Shown piece by piece: positions 1 to 9,393 of a stretch of 32,000 nucleotides of DNA. Both the position numbers and the translations under genes were made by a program. A model generated the notes under the pieces. The model was not told the origin of the DNA. It did no database searches and saw only the letters and a list, made by a program, of their open reading frames with translations. Numbering within the stretch: the stretch's first letter is position 1; every line of letters starts with the position of its first letter. The stretch is from positions 1,809,543 through 1,841,542 of the forward strand of contig NC_016070.1 in the NCBI RefSeq assembly GCF_000253055.1, read 5' to 3'. This stretch comes from Thermoproteus tenax Kra 1 (GTDB taxonomy: Archaea; Thermoproteota; Thermoprotei; Thermoproteales; Thermoproteaceae).

Positions 1-1605
1 AACGAAGTCGTACTCAAGATATCGGATCCCTACAGATATCCGGCCCAGATATCTATAAACGGAGAGTCTGCCGCCGTCATAGCTCCTGCCCGTCCCTTCG
101 TCGTAAATAAGACCGCCGATCTGTCTGTAGTGGTGGTGCCTTATTCGCAACAAGCAGCGTTGATTGTGGATGTTGAAAGCGCCGACTATCTGGGGAACCC
201 CGTCTCATACTCGTTCACAGTACCTCTGTCTGTGGCCCAGCCGCCGCCAGCCACTCTGAGCATGGTTCCGTCGACTTTGTATATAGGCCGGGCCAACAAT
301 GTGACCATAGAAATCTCCGTGCCCTTCAGAGCCAACGGCACCGCCGTCGTCACGCTGTCCGGCGCCTCCTCGGCCGAGTCCCCCCTCGTAGTGCCCATAG
401 CGGGCGGAGTCGGCATAGCACACGCGCAGATCACGCCGTTGCAGTCGCCTGTGGTTCTTCAGGCCGTAGTCTATTATTCGGTCATGGGCTTTCAACAGAG
501 CGCGCAGATTTCGGCCGAGGTGAACGCGATTCAACCGCAGACGCCGCTCGCCTCGCTCTACATCGCGCCGCAGATGCTAGTGGAGAATTCGCCGAACAAT
601 TTGACTATAGTAATCAGAGCCGATGGGCCTTTCAACTCCTCGGTCACGATCTCCGGAGCCTCCGCCGAGGTACCCATGCCCATATATATCTCGGGCGTGG
701 GCTATGCCGCATATTCACTAGTGGTCTACCCGACGTCGCCGCAAGTTGTTGTCACAGCCACAATACAGACGCGCGGCGGCACTCAACAATACACGGCGTA
801 TCTGCCCGCATCGTCGTCGAACGCGTTGTTGGTAGTGCCGACGCCCAGTCTAATCCCTGCGGGCGGCAACAGGACTGTATACATCAAGCTGATAAATCAG
901 GGGAACATCCCGGTGGAGCGCGGCGTTTTAGTCGTGGGGCCCGCCGCCGGCTCTCCGGCCCTGGGCAAGGTGGGCGTCTTCAGCTTCGGAGAGCTGGCGC
1001 CGGGCGAGTACTTAGACGTGCCTCTATCGTTTCTGGCGCCGGCTACCGCAAGCGGGCCTCTGCCGTTCCAATACACCATCTACTACTATACGCCCGCCGG
1101 CTCTGGCGTTGAACAAGGCAGCTTCTTCGTGCAAGTCTACCAACGCCCCTCAGTCCAAGTTCTGACCACCTCGGTCGTGCCCCAGACTCCTCAAGCCGGC
1201 TCGCCGCTCTTTATATCGCTCACTTTAGTGAACAACGGATACGAGACCGTTAACAACCTTGAGGTCGCGGCAGTGGCGCCAGAAGGGCTGACTCCGATGA
1301 CTCCTACGTTGAACTACGTCGGAAGCCTATCCCCCCAGCAGACTCAAGCCGTCACCTTTTCATTCAACGCCACGAGGCCCGGCGTCTACAACTTGAGCTT
1401 GGTGGTCGCCTATCAAGATCAATACGGGGCCTCCTACAACCTGACGGTGCCGCTCCACATCATCGTCGCCAGTGGCGCCGTAGCAACTACACAACAGTCT
1501 GGACAGCCCCACGGCGGCGCCGCCCTCGCCCCCATCTCGCTTGTCCTCGTCGTTGTCGTTGCCGCGGCCCTAATGGCCATAGGGATATGGCGGAGGAGGA
1601 GATAA
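1..1605 (+). CDS. Secreted/surface protein with Ig-like/CARDB-like repeats and C-terminal TM anchor, 5' truncated by window edge
   Basis: The frame of ORF 130..1605 is open back to base 1 (NEVVLKISDPYRYPAQISING...), so the listed GTG start is probably not the real start. Beta-rich repeats; C-terminal LAPISLVLVVVVAAALMAIGIWRRRR is a TM helix plus basic tail. Confidence 0.75.
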   Translation, partial: NEVVLKISDPYRYPAQISINGESAAVIAPARPFVVNKTADLSVVVVPYSQQAALIVDVESADYLGNPVSYSFTVPLSVAQPPPATLSMVPSTLYIGRANNVTIEISVPFRANGTAVVTLSGASSAESPLVVPIAGGVGIAHAQITPLQSPVVLQAVVYYSVMGFQQSAQISAEVNAIQPQTPLASLYIAPQMLVENSPNNLTIVIRADGPFNSSVTISGASAEVPMPIYISGVGYAAYSLVVYPTSPQVVVTATIQTRGGTQQYTAYLPASSSNALLVVPTPSLIPAGGNRTVYIKLINQGNIPVERGVLVVGPAAGSPALGKVGVFSFGELAPGEYLDVPLSFLAPATASGPLPFQYTIYYYTPAGSGVEQGSFFVQVYQRPSVQVLTTSVVPQTPQAGSPLFISLTLVNNGYETVNNLEVAAVAPEGLTPMTPTLNYVGSLSPQQTQAVTFSFNATRPGVYNLSLVVAYQDQYGASYNLTVPLHIIVASGAVATTQQSGQPHGGAALAPISLVLVVVVAAALMAIGIWRRRR

Positions 1606-2255
1606 GAGTTGTCGATGTATACAAGAACTATGGACCATACCCGGCGTTGAGAGGCATCACCTACTCGATACCCAAGGGCATTTTTCAATGCATAGTGGGC
1701 CCCTCGGGCAGCGGGAAGACCACGTTGCTCCACATCATTGGGGGCATTGACAGACCGACCAAGGGGGAGGTCTGGGTGGCTGGGACTAGGCTGAACGATC
1801 TAAGCGATGACGAGCTGGCTGAGTTCAGAAACAGGAATGTGGGCTTCGTATTTCAATTATTTTATCTCGTCCCGCGCATGAGCGTGTTGGAGAACGTTGA
1901 ACTGCCCTTGGTGCTCCGCCGCATTCCCAAGGAGGAAAGGCGGAGGATGGCCCTCGAGGCGCTCAAGTTGGTGGGACTGGACGGAGTGGATCCCCGCAAG
2001 AGGCCGACTCAGTTATCAGGCGGCGAGCAACAGCGCGTGGCGATAGCGCGCGCCATAGTGGCCAGGCCCAGAGTGCTTCTTGCCGATGAGCCTACCGGCA
2101 ATCTAGATAGCGAGACGGCCGCCCGGATAATGGAGACCTTCCTCTCCCTCAAGAGGGAGCTCGGGGTAACCATAGTCATGGTGACGCACAATTTAGAGCT
2201 GTTGAAGTACTGCGATAGAACCGTGAGAATAAGAGATGGAAAGATAGTGGAATAG
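1587..2255 (+). CDS. ABC transporter ATP-binding protein, LolD/MacB-like
   Basis: Walker A GPSGSGKTT, signature LSGGEQQRVAIARAI, Walker B VLLADEPTGNLD; overlaps the preceding gene by 19 nt. Confidence 0.95.
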   Translation: MAEEEIRVVDVYKNYGPYPALRGITYSIPKGIFQCIVGPSGSGKTTLLHIIGGIDRPTKGEVWVAGTRLNDLSDDELAEFRNRNVGFVFQLFYLVPRMSVLENVELPLVLRRIPKEERRRMALEALKLVGLDGVDPRKRPTQLSGGEQQRVAIARAIVARPRVLLADEPTGNLDSETAARIMETFLSLKRELGVTIVMVTHNLELLKYCDRTVRIRDGKIVE

Positions 2256-2305
2256 TCAGCACTCGGCAAAACTCTTCACGCCTCCGAGAGGTTCCCACTC
2301 ATCAT
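2256..2305 (-). ncRNA. Candidate box C/D sRNA
   Basis: Minus strand reads ATGATGA-gtgggaacctctcgga-ggc-GTGAAGA-gttttgccgagtg-CTGA. Perfect C and D boxes, C'-like GTGAAGA, D' (CGGA) degenerate, about 50 nt. Confidence 0.4.
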
Positions 2306-2386
2306 ACTCGGCCGTTGGCCGACTATATTAAGCTTGTCGGCGGCCTCACGACATGCTTAATAGCGTTTAAATAGATCGATCTAGAT

Positions 2387-3127
2387 ATGACAGTGTTTCG
2401 TATCCTCGATAGATATAGCAGACAGATAGCGGTGATAGGGGAGGAGGGCCAACGCAAGATAAGGAGCACGTCTGTTGTGGTCTTCGGAGTAGGCGGCCTC
2501 GGCTCCCATGTGTCCTACTATCTGGCCGCCGGCGGCTTCCGGAGGCTGTATTTAGTAGACTCAGATAGAGTGGCGGTTTCAGACCTACATAGACAAGTCC
2601 TATACTCAACCAAGGACGTGGGCGTGGAGAAGGCAGTCGCCGCAGCCTCCAGGCTTGAGCAAGTGAACCCTGAGGTTGATGTGGTACCCATATCTGAGGA
2701 AATAACCCCGAGCCTTGCCGAAGAGCTCGTAAAGAAGTCCGATATAGCCGTGGACGCGTTGGACAACTGGCCGAGCAGACACGTCGTCAACAAGGCCGCC
2801 GTGAGTGCGAGGAAGCCCCTCGTGCACGGCGCCGTGCAGGAGTGGTATGGGCATATCACAACCATAGTGCCTGGCATCACGCCGTGTCTTGAGGAGCTCT
2901 TCGGGAGGTTCAAATCCTTGCCGGCGTGTGCGCAGGCAGGATGCCCTGTGTTGGGGCCCGTGGTGGGGACCGTCGCCGCGATCATGGCGGTAGAGGTCTT
3001 CCGTGCGGCGTTGGGCGCACCATCTCTGGCAGGTAAACTGTTGATTGTAGATCTGAAGCATATGGCCTTCGACATGATACAACTGCAAAGGGACGAGAAT
3101 TGCCCTGTCTGCCGCTATGTCCGTTGA
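2387..3127 (+). CDS. ThiF/MoeB/HesA family E1-like adenylyltransferase
   Basis: VVFGVGGLGSHVSYYLAAGGFRRLYLVDSDRVAVSDLHRQVLYSTKDVG motif and CxxC pairs (CPACAQAGC, CPVC). Confidence 0.9.
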   Translation: MTVFRILDRYSRQIAVIGEEGQRKIRSTSVVVFGVGGLGSHVSYYLAAGGFRRLYLVDSDRVAVSDLHRQVLYSTKDVGVEKAVAAASRLEQVNPEVDVVPISEEITPSLAEELVKKSDIAVDALDNWPSRHVVNKAAVSARKPLVHGAVQEWYGHITTIVPGITPCLEELFGRFKSLPACAQAGCPVLGPVVGTVAAIMAVEVFRAALGAPSLAGKLLIVDLKHMAFDMIQLQRDENCPVCRYVR

Positions 3128-3848
3128 CAGATTAACTCCGGCGCAGAGGCTGGTGCTCTACTACATGGCCTTCGAGGCGTTGTACAACGGAAGAGTCTGG
3201 CTGACTTTCGACGATATCAAGCAGGGCACTGGGCTGTCAGCGCGGGCTCTGAGGAGCGCGTTAGTCAAACTCAGGGAGATGGGCTATATAAACAGCGTTA
3301 TCGATCCCCTCAGAGGAAGGAGGCACCTCCACAAAGTACTCCTAGATAGGCTGTATCCCATGCCTGAGCTCAAAGGAGTTTTCTTGATAGACGGCAGCGC
3401 GGATCTGACGCCGGAGGCCATAAAAATTTTGTCGAACGCGGACATTGTCTTATACACAGACTCAGTGGATCCGAAAAGGTTGGAGGGATACGCTAGAGCG
3501 CTGAAGCGGTTCGACGGCAGAGTGCCCGAGGCCGGCCTAGTCGCCATAGTCTTCAATCCGTTGTTAGACCTCGAGCGGCTCCGCGACGTTGTCGGTAGGG
3601 CTAGGTACATATGTGCCTCCAATTCGGTCGACAAAGCTCTAGGCTCATGTTTGGCTTGCGGCATCGTCGACGTTGACTACGGGAAGTTTAGAATTAAGAC
3701 GATCGCCGACGAGAGGGAACTAGACGAGTTGGTCAAACGCTACGACGTAAGAGGCACTATCATGCTGCAGACGTGCGACGGAAAGAGGTACGAGCTTGTG
3801 GTTCTCTCAAGGCGCGATAAAGCGGCCGGAGCTCCACCTCGGAGTTAA
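3117..3848 (+). CDS. N-terminal winged-helix domain fused to a possible degenerate tetrapyrrole-methylase-like domain; function unknown
   Basis: N-terminal HTH ([32 protein letters not shown]); middle segment [23 protein letters not shown] resembles the start of precorrin/diphthine methylases. Confidence 0.6.
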   Translation: MSVDRLTPAQRLVLYYMAFEALYNGRVWLTFDDIKQGTGLSARALRSALVKLREMGYINSVIDPLRGRRHLHKVLLDRLYPMPELKGVFLIDGSADLTPEAIKILSNADIVLYTDSVDPKRLEGYARALKRFDGRVPEAGLVAIVFNPLLDLERLRDVVGRARYICASNSVDKALGSCLACGIVDVDYGKFRIKTIADERELDELVKRYDVRGTIMLQTCDGKRYELVVLSRRDKAAGAPPRS

Positions 3849-3880
3849 AAGAATTTAAAAACCGGGTTGTCTCCCTCCCT

Positions 3881-4279
3881 ATGAGCACGAAGTATGTAGA
3901 GGTGGGCGATCTCAAGGAGGGATCCTACATAGTCATCGACGGCGAGCCCTGTAGAGTCGTTGAGATAGAGAAGTCGAAGACGGGTAAACACGGCTCTGCT
4001 AAAGCCCGAGTAGTCGCCGTGGGGCTCTTCGATAACGTGAAGAGGACTCTCAGCGTCCCTGTGGATACACAAGTCGAGGTGCCGATAATAGAGAAGTTCA
4101 CAGCCCAAGTCCTCGCTATATCTGGCGATGTGATACAACTCATGGATATGCGCGACTACAAGACGTTCGAGGTTCCGATGAAATACGTTGAGGACGAGGC
4201 CAAGGGCAAATTGACCGCCGGGGTCGAAGTGGAGGTCTGGCAGATATTGGACCGGTATAAGATAACGAGGGTCAAATAG
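3881..4279 (+). CDS. eif5A: Translation initiation factor aIF5A
   Basis: Hypusine-loop sequence [26 protein letters not shown]; full-length 132 aa match to the family. Confidence 0.97.
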   Translation: MSTKYVEVGDLKEGSYIVIDGEPCRVVEIEKSKTGKHGSAKARVVAVGLFDNVKRTLSVPVDTQVEVPIIEKFTAQVLAISGDVIQLMDMRDYKTFEVPMKYVEDEAKGKLTAGVEVEVWQILDRYKITRVK

Positions 4280-4856
4280 TCTCTTGGGGCGGAGGCGAGG
4301 CGAAGAGGTAATACGGATCTTTCTCTTGGATCTCGGAGAGTATTCTGTTTACTACCAGTTCGATTGGATCAACGCCTAACCTCTGCCTTATATCCTCGAA
4401 GCTTTGGAAGGGCCTCTTCTTTCTTTCGGCCAATATCTCCTGTAGCTTCTTCTTGCCTATCCCGTGGAGCAGCTCGAAGGAGTGCATCTTAAGCGTGATG
4501 GGACCTGCCTTATTGAACCAATCGACGAACTTCTGCTCGCGGCTCGCCACTATCTGTCTAACCAACTGTGGAAGGAGCTCTCTCGCCGGCGGCTGTAGAT
4601 CCTCATATCTGATCCTTCTTACTATCTTGTCGACTTTATCCCTCTGGCCTGCGCCTACATAGACTCTCTCCCCCAGCTCGACCTTAACCCCCGGCTTAAG
4701 AGTCACCTCCAACAGAGTGAAGTACTCCTCGCCCAACAGATGGGCGAAAGTGGAATCCCTTGGGAACTCCCTCCTCACTTTGGCCGGCAACTTATATGCG
4801 GCTAGCTCGGGGGGCAGTACGTCTAATACATAGGCATACTCCTCCCTCCTCCTCAT
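4272..4856 (-). CDS. DUF655 predicted RNA/DNA-binding protein with helix-hairpin-helix
   Basis: Family-like N-terminus [10 protein letters not shown], HhH region [27 protein letters not shown], and location next to rpoF. Confidence 0.85.
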   Translation of the reverse strand: MRRREEYAYVLDVLPPELAAYKLPAKVRREFPRDSTFAHLLGEEYFTLLEVTLKPGVKVELGERVYVGAGQRDKVDKIVRRIRYEDLQPPARELLPQLVRQIVASREQKFVDWFNKAGPITLKMHSFELLHGIGKKKLQEILAERKKRPFQSFEDIRQRLGVDPIELVVNRILSEIQEKDPYYLFASPPPQETI

Positions 4857-5194
4857 GACTTGATAATCTTCAACATCTCCTTGATTTCGTCGTCGGAGAA
4901 CTCCCTCCGCTCCAACATCTGAAGCAACATTTTGAGTTCCTCTACGTCCTCGGGCAGTATGTTGACCAACTGGATGGCTGTCACTCTGGCGAAGCCGAAC
5001 CTGGATATAAGCTCCTCCACCTTAGACTCGGCGGCGTTTGCGTCTATTGCAGTGACTTTCTCGAGGAAGTCTATAGTCTTTCGTTGCACCTCGGTCGTCT
5101 CATAGGACTGGGAGAAGGCGCGGAGTATGTCGAGAGCTTTGGCGTTGGTTATGTCCTCAGATTTACGTATCTTCTTAACGCTCACGTATAGCAA
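4853..5194 (-). CDS. rpoF: DNA-directed RNA polymerase subunit F (Rpb4)
   Basis: 113 aa with ITNAKALDILRAF...ETTEVQRKTIDFLEKVTAID...ELISRFGFARVTAIQLVNILPEDVEEL; typical archaeal Rpb4. Confidence 0.93.
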   Translation of the reverse strand: MLYVSVKKIRKSEDITNAKALDILRAFSQSYETTEVQRKTIDFLEKVTAIDANAAESKVEELISRFGFARVTAIQLVNILPEDVEELKMLLQMLERREFSDDEIKEMLKIIKS

Positions 5195-5282
5195 CTAATG
5201 GGGGAATTTAAATATCGCCTTGATGCCCTCGGCATAGCCCCCGGTCGGGGCAAAACTTAAATAAAGGCGTCACCGAGGGGCC
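5195..5282. promoter_or_regulatory. Divergent promoter region between rpoF and rpl21e
   Basis: 88-bp spacer with AT-rich TATA-like elements facing each way (ggcgatatttaaat on minus, aaaacttaaataaa at about 5251-5264 on plus). Confidence 0.55.
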
Positions 5283-5579
5283 ATGCCCAAGCGCACTCAC
5301 GGATATAGGTACAAGAGCAGAAAGTTGCTGTCGAAGGGGCCTAGGGAGAGGGGTCCTGGCGGACTATCTAGGTTGATGTATGAATACAAGGAGGGAGATA
5401 GAGTGGTGATAGATATAGACCCTACCTATATAACAAATGCTCCCCACAGAAGATATCAGGGACGCGTGGGGCTCGTCGTTGGAAGACAGGGGGCGGCCTA
5501 CATAGTTTTAGTCGAGGTGGGATCCAAGGTCAAGAAGTTGGTGGTCCCGCCCGAGCATCTAGTGCCCTTTAGGGGCTAG
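5283..5579 (+). CDS. rpl21e: Ribosomal protein L21e
   Basis: GYRYKSRKLLSKGPRERG...YKEGDRVVIDIDPTY...PHRRYQGRVGLVVGRQGAAYIV. Confidence 0.97.
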   Translation: MPKRTHGYRYKSRKLLSKGPRERGPGGLSRLMYEYKEGDRVVIDIDPTYITNAPHRRYQGRVGLVVGRQGAAYIVLVEVGSKVKKLVVPPEHLVPFRG

Positions 5580-6325
5580 GGAGGGAGCTGTTGATCCTCT
5601 CCGCCTGTATAGTGGAGTTGTATGGCATAGTAGAGCCTATCGATGCCCGTGCCACTGAGCGCCGACACAAACACTGCGTCTCCGAGGCCCCCCGCTGCCG
5701 AGACCGCCTTGATGATATCTCGTTCCAACGAGCCCAACTGTAGAGAGTCTGCCAACATCTCAGCATCGCTGATCCAGTCGTTTATCCTCTCTATTTGTTC
5801 CTCGCCCAATAAATCCATTTTATTGACTGCGAATATCTGCGGTAACTTGAACCTTATCCTCGCCGATATGGCCAACAGCGCAGTGCTTGCAAAGCCCTCT
5901 GGCGTCTGCATGTATGTTCCATCGCCTACGTACACGACCACATTGTGGGTGTCGGAGAGCCTCCTCACGAGGTAGGGGCCGCTCTCTCTAAAGGCGAACA
6001 GCTCCATTTGGCCTGGAGTATCCACTAATACCACCGGGGCGCCTACCGCGTTTATCTCCTCCTTTATTCTCTCGCCCTCGGCCACAGCCATGTCGATCGA
6101 GGCGATGATGGAGGCGTTGGGGCCCAACTTGAACTGTCTCATAATCTTCCGGGCGTTTATCTTGTCGCGTATATCTACGTCGGGCACATATGGGAGATAC
6201 TCGGCTGCTGGGTCTAGATTTACCACAGCTACATCGTACCCTTGTTCGTCCATCCAGTTATAGAGCGCCGATACTAATGTCGACTTTCCGCTCCCCGCGG
6301 TCCCTATAAAGAAGACCATTAACAT
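5576..6325 (-). CDS. GPN-loop GTPase (XAB1/Gpn family)
   Basis: Walker A GTAGSGKST, NLDPAAE, DTPGQMELF, NKMD and SALSGTG motifs. Confidence 0.93.
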   Translation of the reverse strand: MLMVFFIGTAGSGKSTLVSALYNWMDEQGYDVAVVNLDPAAEYLPYVPDVDIRDKINARKIMRQFKLGPNASIIASIDMAVAEGERIKEEINAVGAPVVLVDTPGQMELFAFRESGPYLVRRLSDTHNVVVYVGDGTYMQTPEGFASTALLAISARIRFKLPQIFAVNKMDLLGEEQIERINDWISDAEMLADSLQLGSLERDIIKAVSAAGGLGDAVFVSALSGTGIDRLYYAIQLHYTGGEDQQLPP

Positions 6326-6612
6326 TACCTCCTCAGATTCGCGATCTCTCTGGCAACTCTTCTAGCTAGCTCCCTTATATCCTCGGCGTAGACGACGAAG
6401 TAGCCCTGACCTCTCTCGTCGTACCACAAGGCGGGGTATTTCTTGTCTTTGTACGCCTCAAATTTTACGTTCAAGCGCTCTAGAGCTTTGGCCACCTCCT
6501 CGAACGTAGGTCGCGGCACGGCAGAGTCCCTTGGGATTATTCTACCGAGCGAGCGAGGGACCGTTGAGTCTATATATACGAGCCAGAATATCCTCCCCTC
6601 CTTTCTCCTCAT
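6325..6612 (-). CDS. srp19: Signal recognition particle 19 kDa protein
   Basis: FWLVYIDSTVPRSLGRIIPRDSAVPRPTFEEVAKALERLNV, typical SRP19. Confidence 0.9.
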   Translation of the reverse strand: MRRKEGRIFWLVYIDSTVPRSLGRIIPRDSAVPRPTFEEVAKALERLNVKFEAYKDKKYPALWYDERGQGYFVVYAEDIRELARRVAREIANLRR

Positions 6613-7007
6613 TCAACGAGTACTGCGTTGATAACTCCGTGTTGGCCCGGTCTCGAGACTACTACGGCTCTGCCCACCTCCGTCTGAATTATAGCGCCCT
6701 TAACTATCTGGTTCTTCTTGGCGAAGTCAGGGTTGGCGGGAGTTGAGACGACAGAGACTATCTTGGCTTTGACCATCCTCTTCTCCTTAGGTATATAGAC
6801 GTTGGCATACTGGGCCGACTTAAGTCTGATCTTCATATTGCCCCCGGCGACTCTCTCCACTTGGATCTGCTGGGGACCCACCTCTGGCACTTTCGGCGGG
6901 CCGCCACAGAGGGCCTTGCGCTTCACCTTGGCCACTCTCCCCTTGACGCCGCCGCTGGGCTTTCTTAGATCATTGCCCTGATAGTAAGCCGCCGATTTCA
7001 CAAGCAC
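6609..7007 (-). CDS. rps8e: Ribosomal protein S8e
   Basis: NPDFAKKNQIVKGAIIQTEVGRAVVVSRPGQHGVINAVLVE C-terminal signature. Confidence 0.95.
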   Translation of the reverse strand: MLVKSAAYYQGNDLRKPSGGVKGRVAKVKRKALCGGPPKVPEVGPQQIQVERVAGGNMKIRLKSAQYANVYIPKEKRMVKAKIVSVVSTPANPDFAKKNQIVKGAIIQTEVGRAVVVSRPGQHGVINAVLVE

Positions 7008-7056
7008 CCGATAAGACCAAGTTAAAAATTTTGAGCCAATGCGTCCGATAAAGACG

Positions 7057-7959
7057 CTATATCGAGATCTCTATATAGAGTCTCTTGCCCAACTCATTTA
7101 AAAGCTCTCTGATAGGAGTCTCCGTGGACTCCGCCGCCCTTGCCACATCCTTCTGAGTCACTTCCAGACCGGCTATGAAACAGGCATAATAGACGGCTAC
7201 GGCCGCCAAGGCCTGCGGCTTCCTGCCGTTCCTTATACGCGGCGACGACATGATATATTTCAAGAGATCCGAGGCTATCTTCTGGACCTGCGCAGCGATC
7301 TCTCCGTCGAGTTTCAACGCCGAGACTATGCGCGGCAAGTAGACTCTCGGGTCAACTCTGGGAACTTTCTCTCCAAGTTTGGACATATATTTTAGAAACT
7401 CCATGTAGGCCGACATAAACCGGCTTCTGTCCAGACCCGCCTTCTCTATCAGAGATCTGTAGGTCACTGCGCCCAGCCCATGGCGCTTCACTGCGAAGTA
7501 GAGCGCTGCGGCATATCCCTCCCTCCTCGACGCTTTATAGCCGGCGTCGTACGCCTTTCTATATAGCGCAATGGCCTCGTCTACAAGCGCCCTCGGTATT
7601 CCCAAAATATGTCTCAGCGATTCGTAGAACTCCCTCATCTCCGCCTCCAACCTCTCCGAGGGAGAGGGGATAGGCTTGACTGCCTCCCTGAGCTTAATGG
7701 CGCGGAGTTTGTCGCTCAGCTTGGGCTTGCCCACTTTAATATCGCCTAGCTCGGTGCCAGATGTGCCAACGAAGGCGCGGGACGACTCAGGCCTCCTCCA
7801 CTCAGGGCCTAGATCCACTACGTTCTCCCTAATTACGGCGCCGCACTCTGTACAGACTATAGAGCCTCTCTCGTCATCTATCTTTACCTTATTTACGGCG
7901 CCGCACACCGGGCATATTAGATCCTGCTCTGCCAAATCGGCTAGTATTCGCCTAGTCAT
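7057..7959 (-). CDS. tfb: Transcription initiation factor IIB
   Basis: Zn ribbon CPVCGAVNKVKIDDERGSIVCTECGAVI, two cyclin-like repeats (AALYFAVKRHG; AVAVYYACFIAGLEVTQKDVARAAESTETPIREL). Confidence 0.96.
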   Translation of the reverse strand: MTRRILADLAEQDLICPVCGAVNKVKIDDERGSIVCTECGAVIRENVVDLGPEWRRPESSRAFVGTSGTELGDIKVGKPKLSDKLRAIKLREAVKPIPSPSERLEAEMREFYESLRHILGIPRALVDEAIALYRKAYDAGYKASRREGYAAALYFAVKRHGLGAVTYRSLIEKAGLDRSRFMSAYMEFLKYMSKLGEKVPRVDPRVYLPRIVSALKLDGEIAAQVQKIASDLLKYIMSSPRIRNGRKPQALAAVAVYYACFIAGLEVTQKDVARAAESTETPIRELLNELGKRLYIEISI

Positions 7960-8210
7960 TTTCTCCTACCTCTTTTGGCTACGTCGCTCTCCTTTACATA
8001 TATACTTTGTCCCAACAGCGATTGGTCTATTGAGACCGGCCTCACTAGGCCGTAAGGGCTGTCTACTCTCCCGATTACGTCATAGATTGTGCCGACCCTC
8101 TTCATAGAGTAAGTGTATACTGGAATATATAATGGGGGGACTGTAGATAATTTTACAACCAGATTCTTTAGATTAGTATAATGGTGAGCAATACCAATAC
8201 GTCTGAGCAT
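7956..8210 (-). CDS. gar1: H/ACA RNP Gar1/Naf1-like RNA-binding protein
   Basis: 84 aa with VGTIYDVIGRVDSPYGLVRPV core and basic tail; overlaps tfb start by 4 nt, a known archaeal gene arrangement. Confidence 0.82.
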   Translation of the reverse strand: MLRRIGIAHHYTNLKNLVVKLSTVPPLYIPVYTYSMKRVGTIYDVIGRVDSPYGLVRPVSIDQSLLGQSIYVKESDVAKRGRRK

Positions 8211-8310
8211 AGTGTCTATAGCCGCGCGTTTATTAAAGGTTCCCCCCTAATTGTGATATCTTCTGTGTTATCCATCCTCCGCAGAACCACGACGTACGCC
8301 CTCCTTTATA

Positions 8311-8350
8311 ACCGAAGGCCTCGCCCTTAGGGCGGGGAGTGCGGGTCATG
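8311..8350 (+). repeat. Solitary hairpin motif resembling the 3' end of IS200/IS605-IS607 tnpB elements
   Basis: ccgaaggcctcgcccttagggcggggagtgcgggtcatgc; short CGCCC/GGGCG hairpin with no transposase ORF nearby. Confidence 0.4.
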
Positions 8351-8396
8351 CCGCTAGGATCCCCTTAGATATTTTTATTAATGGTCAATTGACTCC

Positions 8397-8846
8397 GTGG
8401 GCGAGGAAGTCGCTAATGAGGACGAGACTCTGACGGAGATTGAAATACAGATACTCCAGGGCATCGAACGCCTCGGCGGAAGCTATCAACAGAGGAATCT
8501 ATGGAAGTACATAGGCATTGATAGTAAGACAGGTTTGCCCATATTGAGCAGGCTTGAGAAGAGAGGTTTGATAAAAAAGGAGAGAGTTGGAGGCGAGAGG
8601 AGGGGGGTCTACGTGATCAAGCTCACGGAGAAAGCGTATAAACTGCTGTCTGAGCTAAGGGAGAAGGCCGAGGAGGGCGGTGGTCCCGCCGTTGAGAGAC
8701 TCAGCGAGGAGCTCAGAATTCTCCTCTCGATACCGTGTACCGTCTGTCCCTATATAGATCGGTGTGGCTTCGGCTTCATAGACCCCTTACATTGTGACCT
8801 ATTAACAAGGTGGTCTCTGTCGCTACAAAATGAGCGAGCCTATTAG
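8397..8846 (+). CDS. TFE-beta / RPC34-RPC39-like winged-helix factor with C-terminal [4Fe-4S] motif
   Basis: Winged helix (IEIQILQGIERLGGSYQQRNLWKYIGIDSKTGLPILSRLEKRGLIKKE) followed by IPCTVCPYIDRCGFGFIDPLHCDLLTRW, matching the C-x2-CP-x4-C-x6-P-x2-C cluster of RPC39/TFE-beta. Confidence 0.82.
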   Translation: MGEEVANEDETLTEIEIQILQGIERLGGSYQQRNLWKYIGIDSKTGLPILSRLEKRGLIKKERVGGERRGVYVIKLTEKAYKLLSELREKAEEGGGPAVERLSEELRILLSIPCTVCPYIDRCGFGFIDPLHCDLLTRWSLSLQNERAY

Positions 8847-9393
8847 ATCTTTTATAGCAGTCGACGTAACCGCCAAGGCCGTTATAGAGGCCGTATCGAG
8901 GCTACAGAGAGAGCTTTTGAGCACGGGGGCCGATCTGAAGCCAGTGGAGCTCCACAACCTTCATTTGACTCTCATCTTCTTGGGGGAACAGCCCAAGCGG
9001 ACATTAGACGAAGTAGCGAAAAAGTTGGAGCAATTAAACTTTAGGAGGTTCGAGGTAGAGTTCAGAGGCGTCGGAGCGTTCCCTAACTCGTCGAGCCCGC
9101 GCGTGATATGGGTGGACGTAGGCAGAGGCCGCCGGGAGCTCGTCGACTTGGCGCACGCGGTGAGAGAGCTTGTGAGAGATATAGCGAGGGAGGACGAGGA
9201 ATTCACGCCGCATTTAACCATCGCTAGGGTTAAGGGGCCGAGAAACAAGGAGAAACTGGCCGAGATGATAGGTAGACACAGCTCGGACGTATTCGGAGCT
9301 GTCGAGGTCTCTGAGGTCAAGCTCAAGAGATCCATCTTAACGCCGCGGGGTCCCATCTATAGCGATCTATACGTGAAAAGGCTGTCCGCGTGA
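8830..9393 (+). CDS. thpR: RNA 2',3'-cyclic phosphodiesterase (LigT/ThpR)
   Basis: Two HxT motifs HLTLIFLGE and HLTIARVKG; MSEPIRSFIAVDV start. Confidence 0.93.
   Translation: MSEPIRSFIAVDVTAKAVIEAVSRLQRELLSTGADLKPVELHNLHLTLIFLGEQPKRTLDEVAKKLEQLNFRRFEVEFRGVGAFPNSSSPRVIWVDVGRGRRELVDLAHAVRELVRDIAREDEEFTPHLTIARVKGPRNKEKLAEMIGRHSSDVFGAVEVSEVKLKRSILTPRGPIYSDLYVKRLSA

Noticed and set aside
4853-5579. The divergent rpl21e/rpoF arrangement as a novel rearrangement
   Set aside because: It differs from the collinear order in some Euryarchaeota, but gene-order shuffling of this cluster in Crenarchaeota is likely common; not strong enough for a finding.
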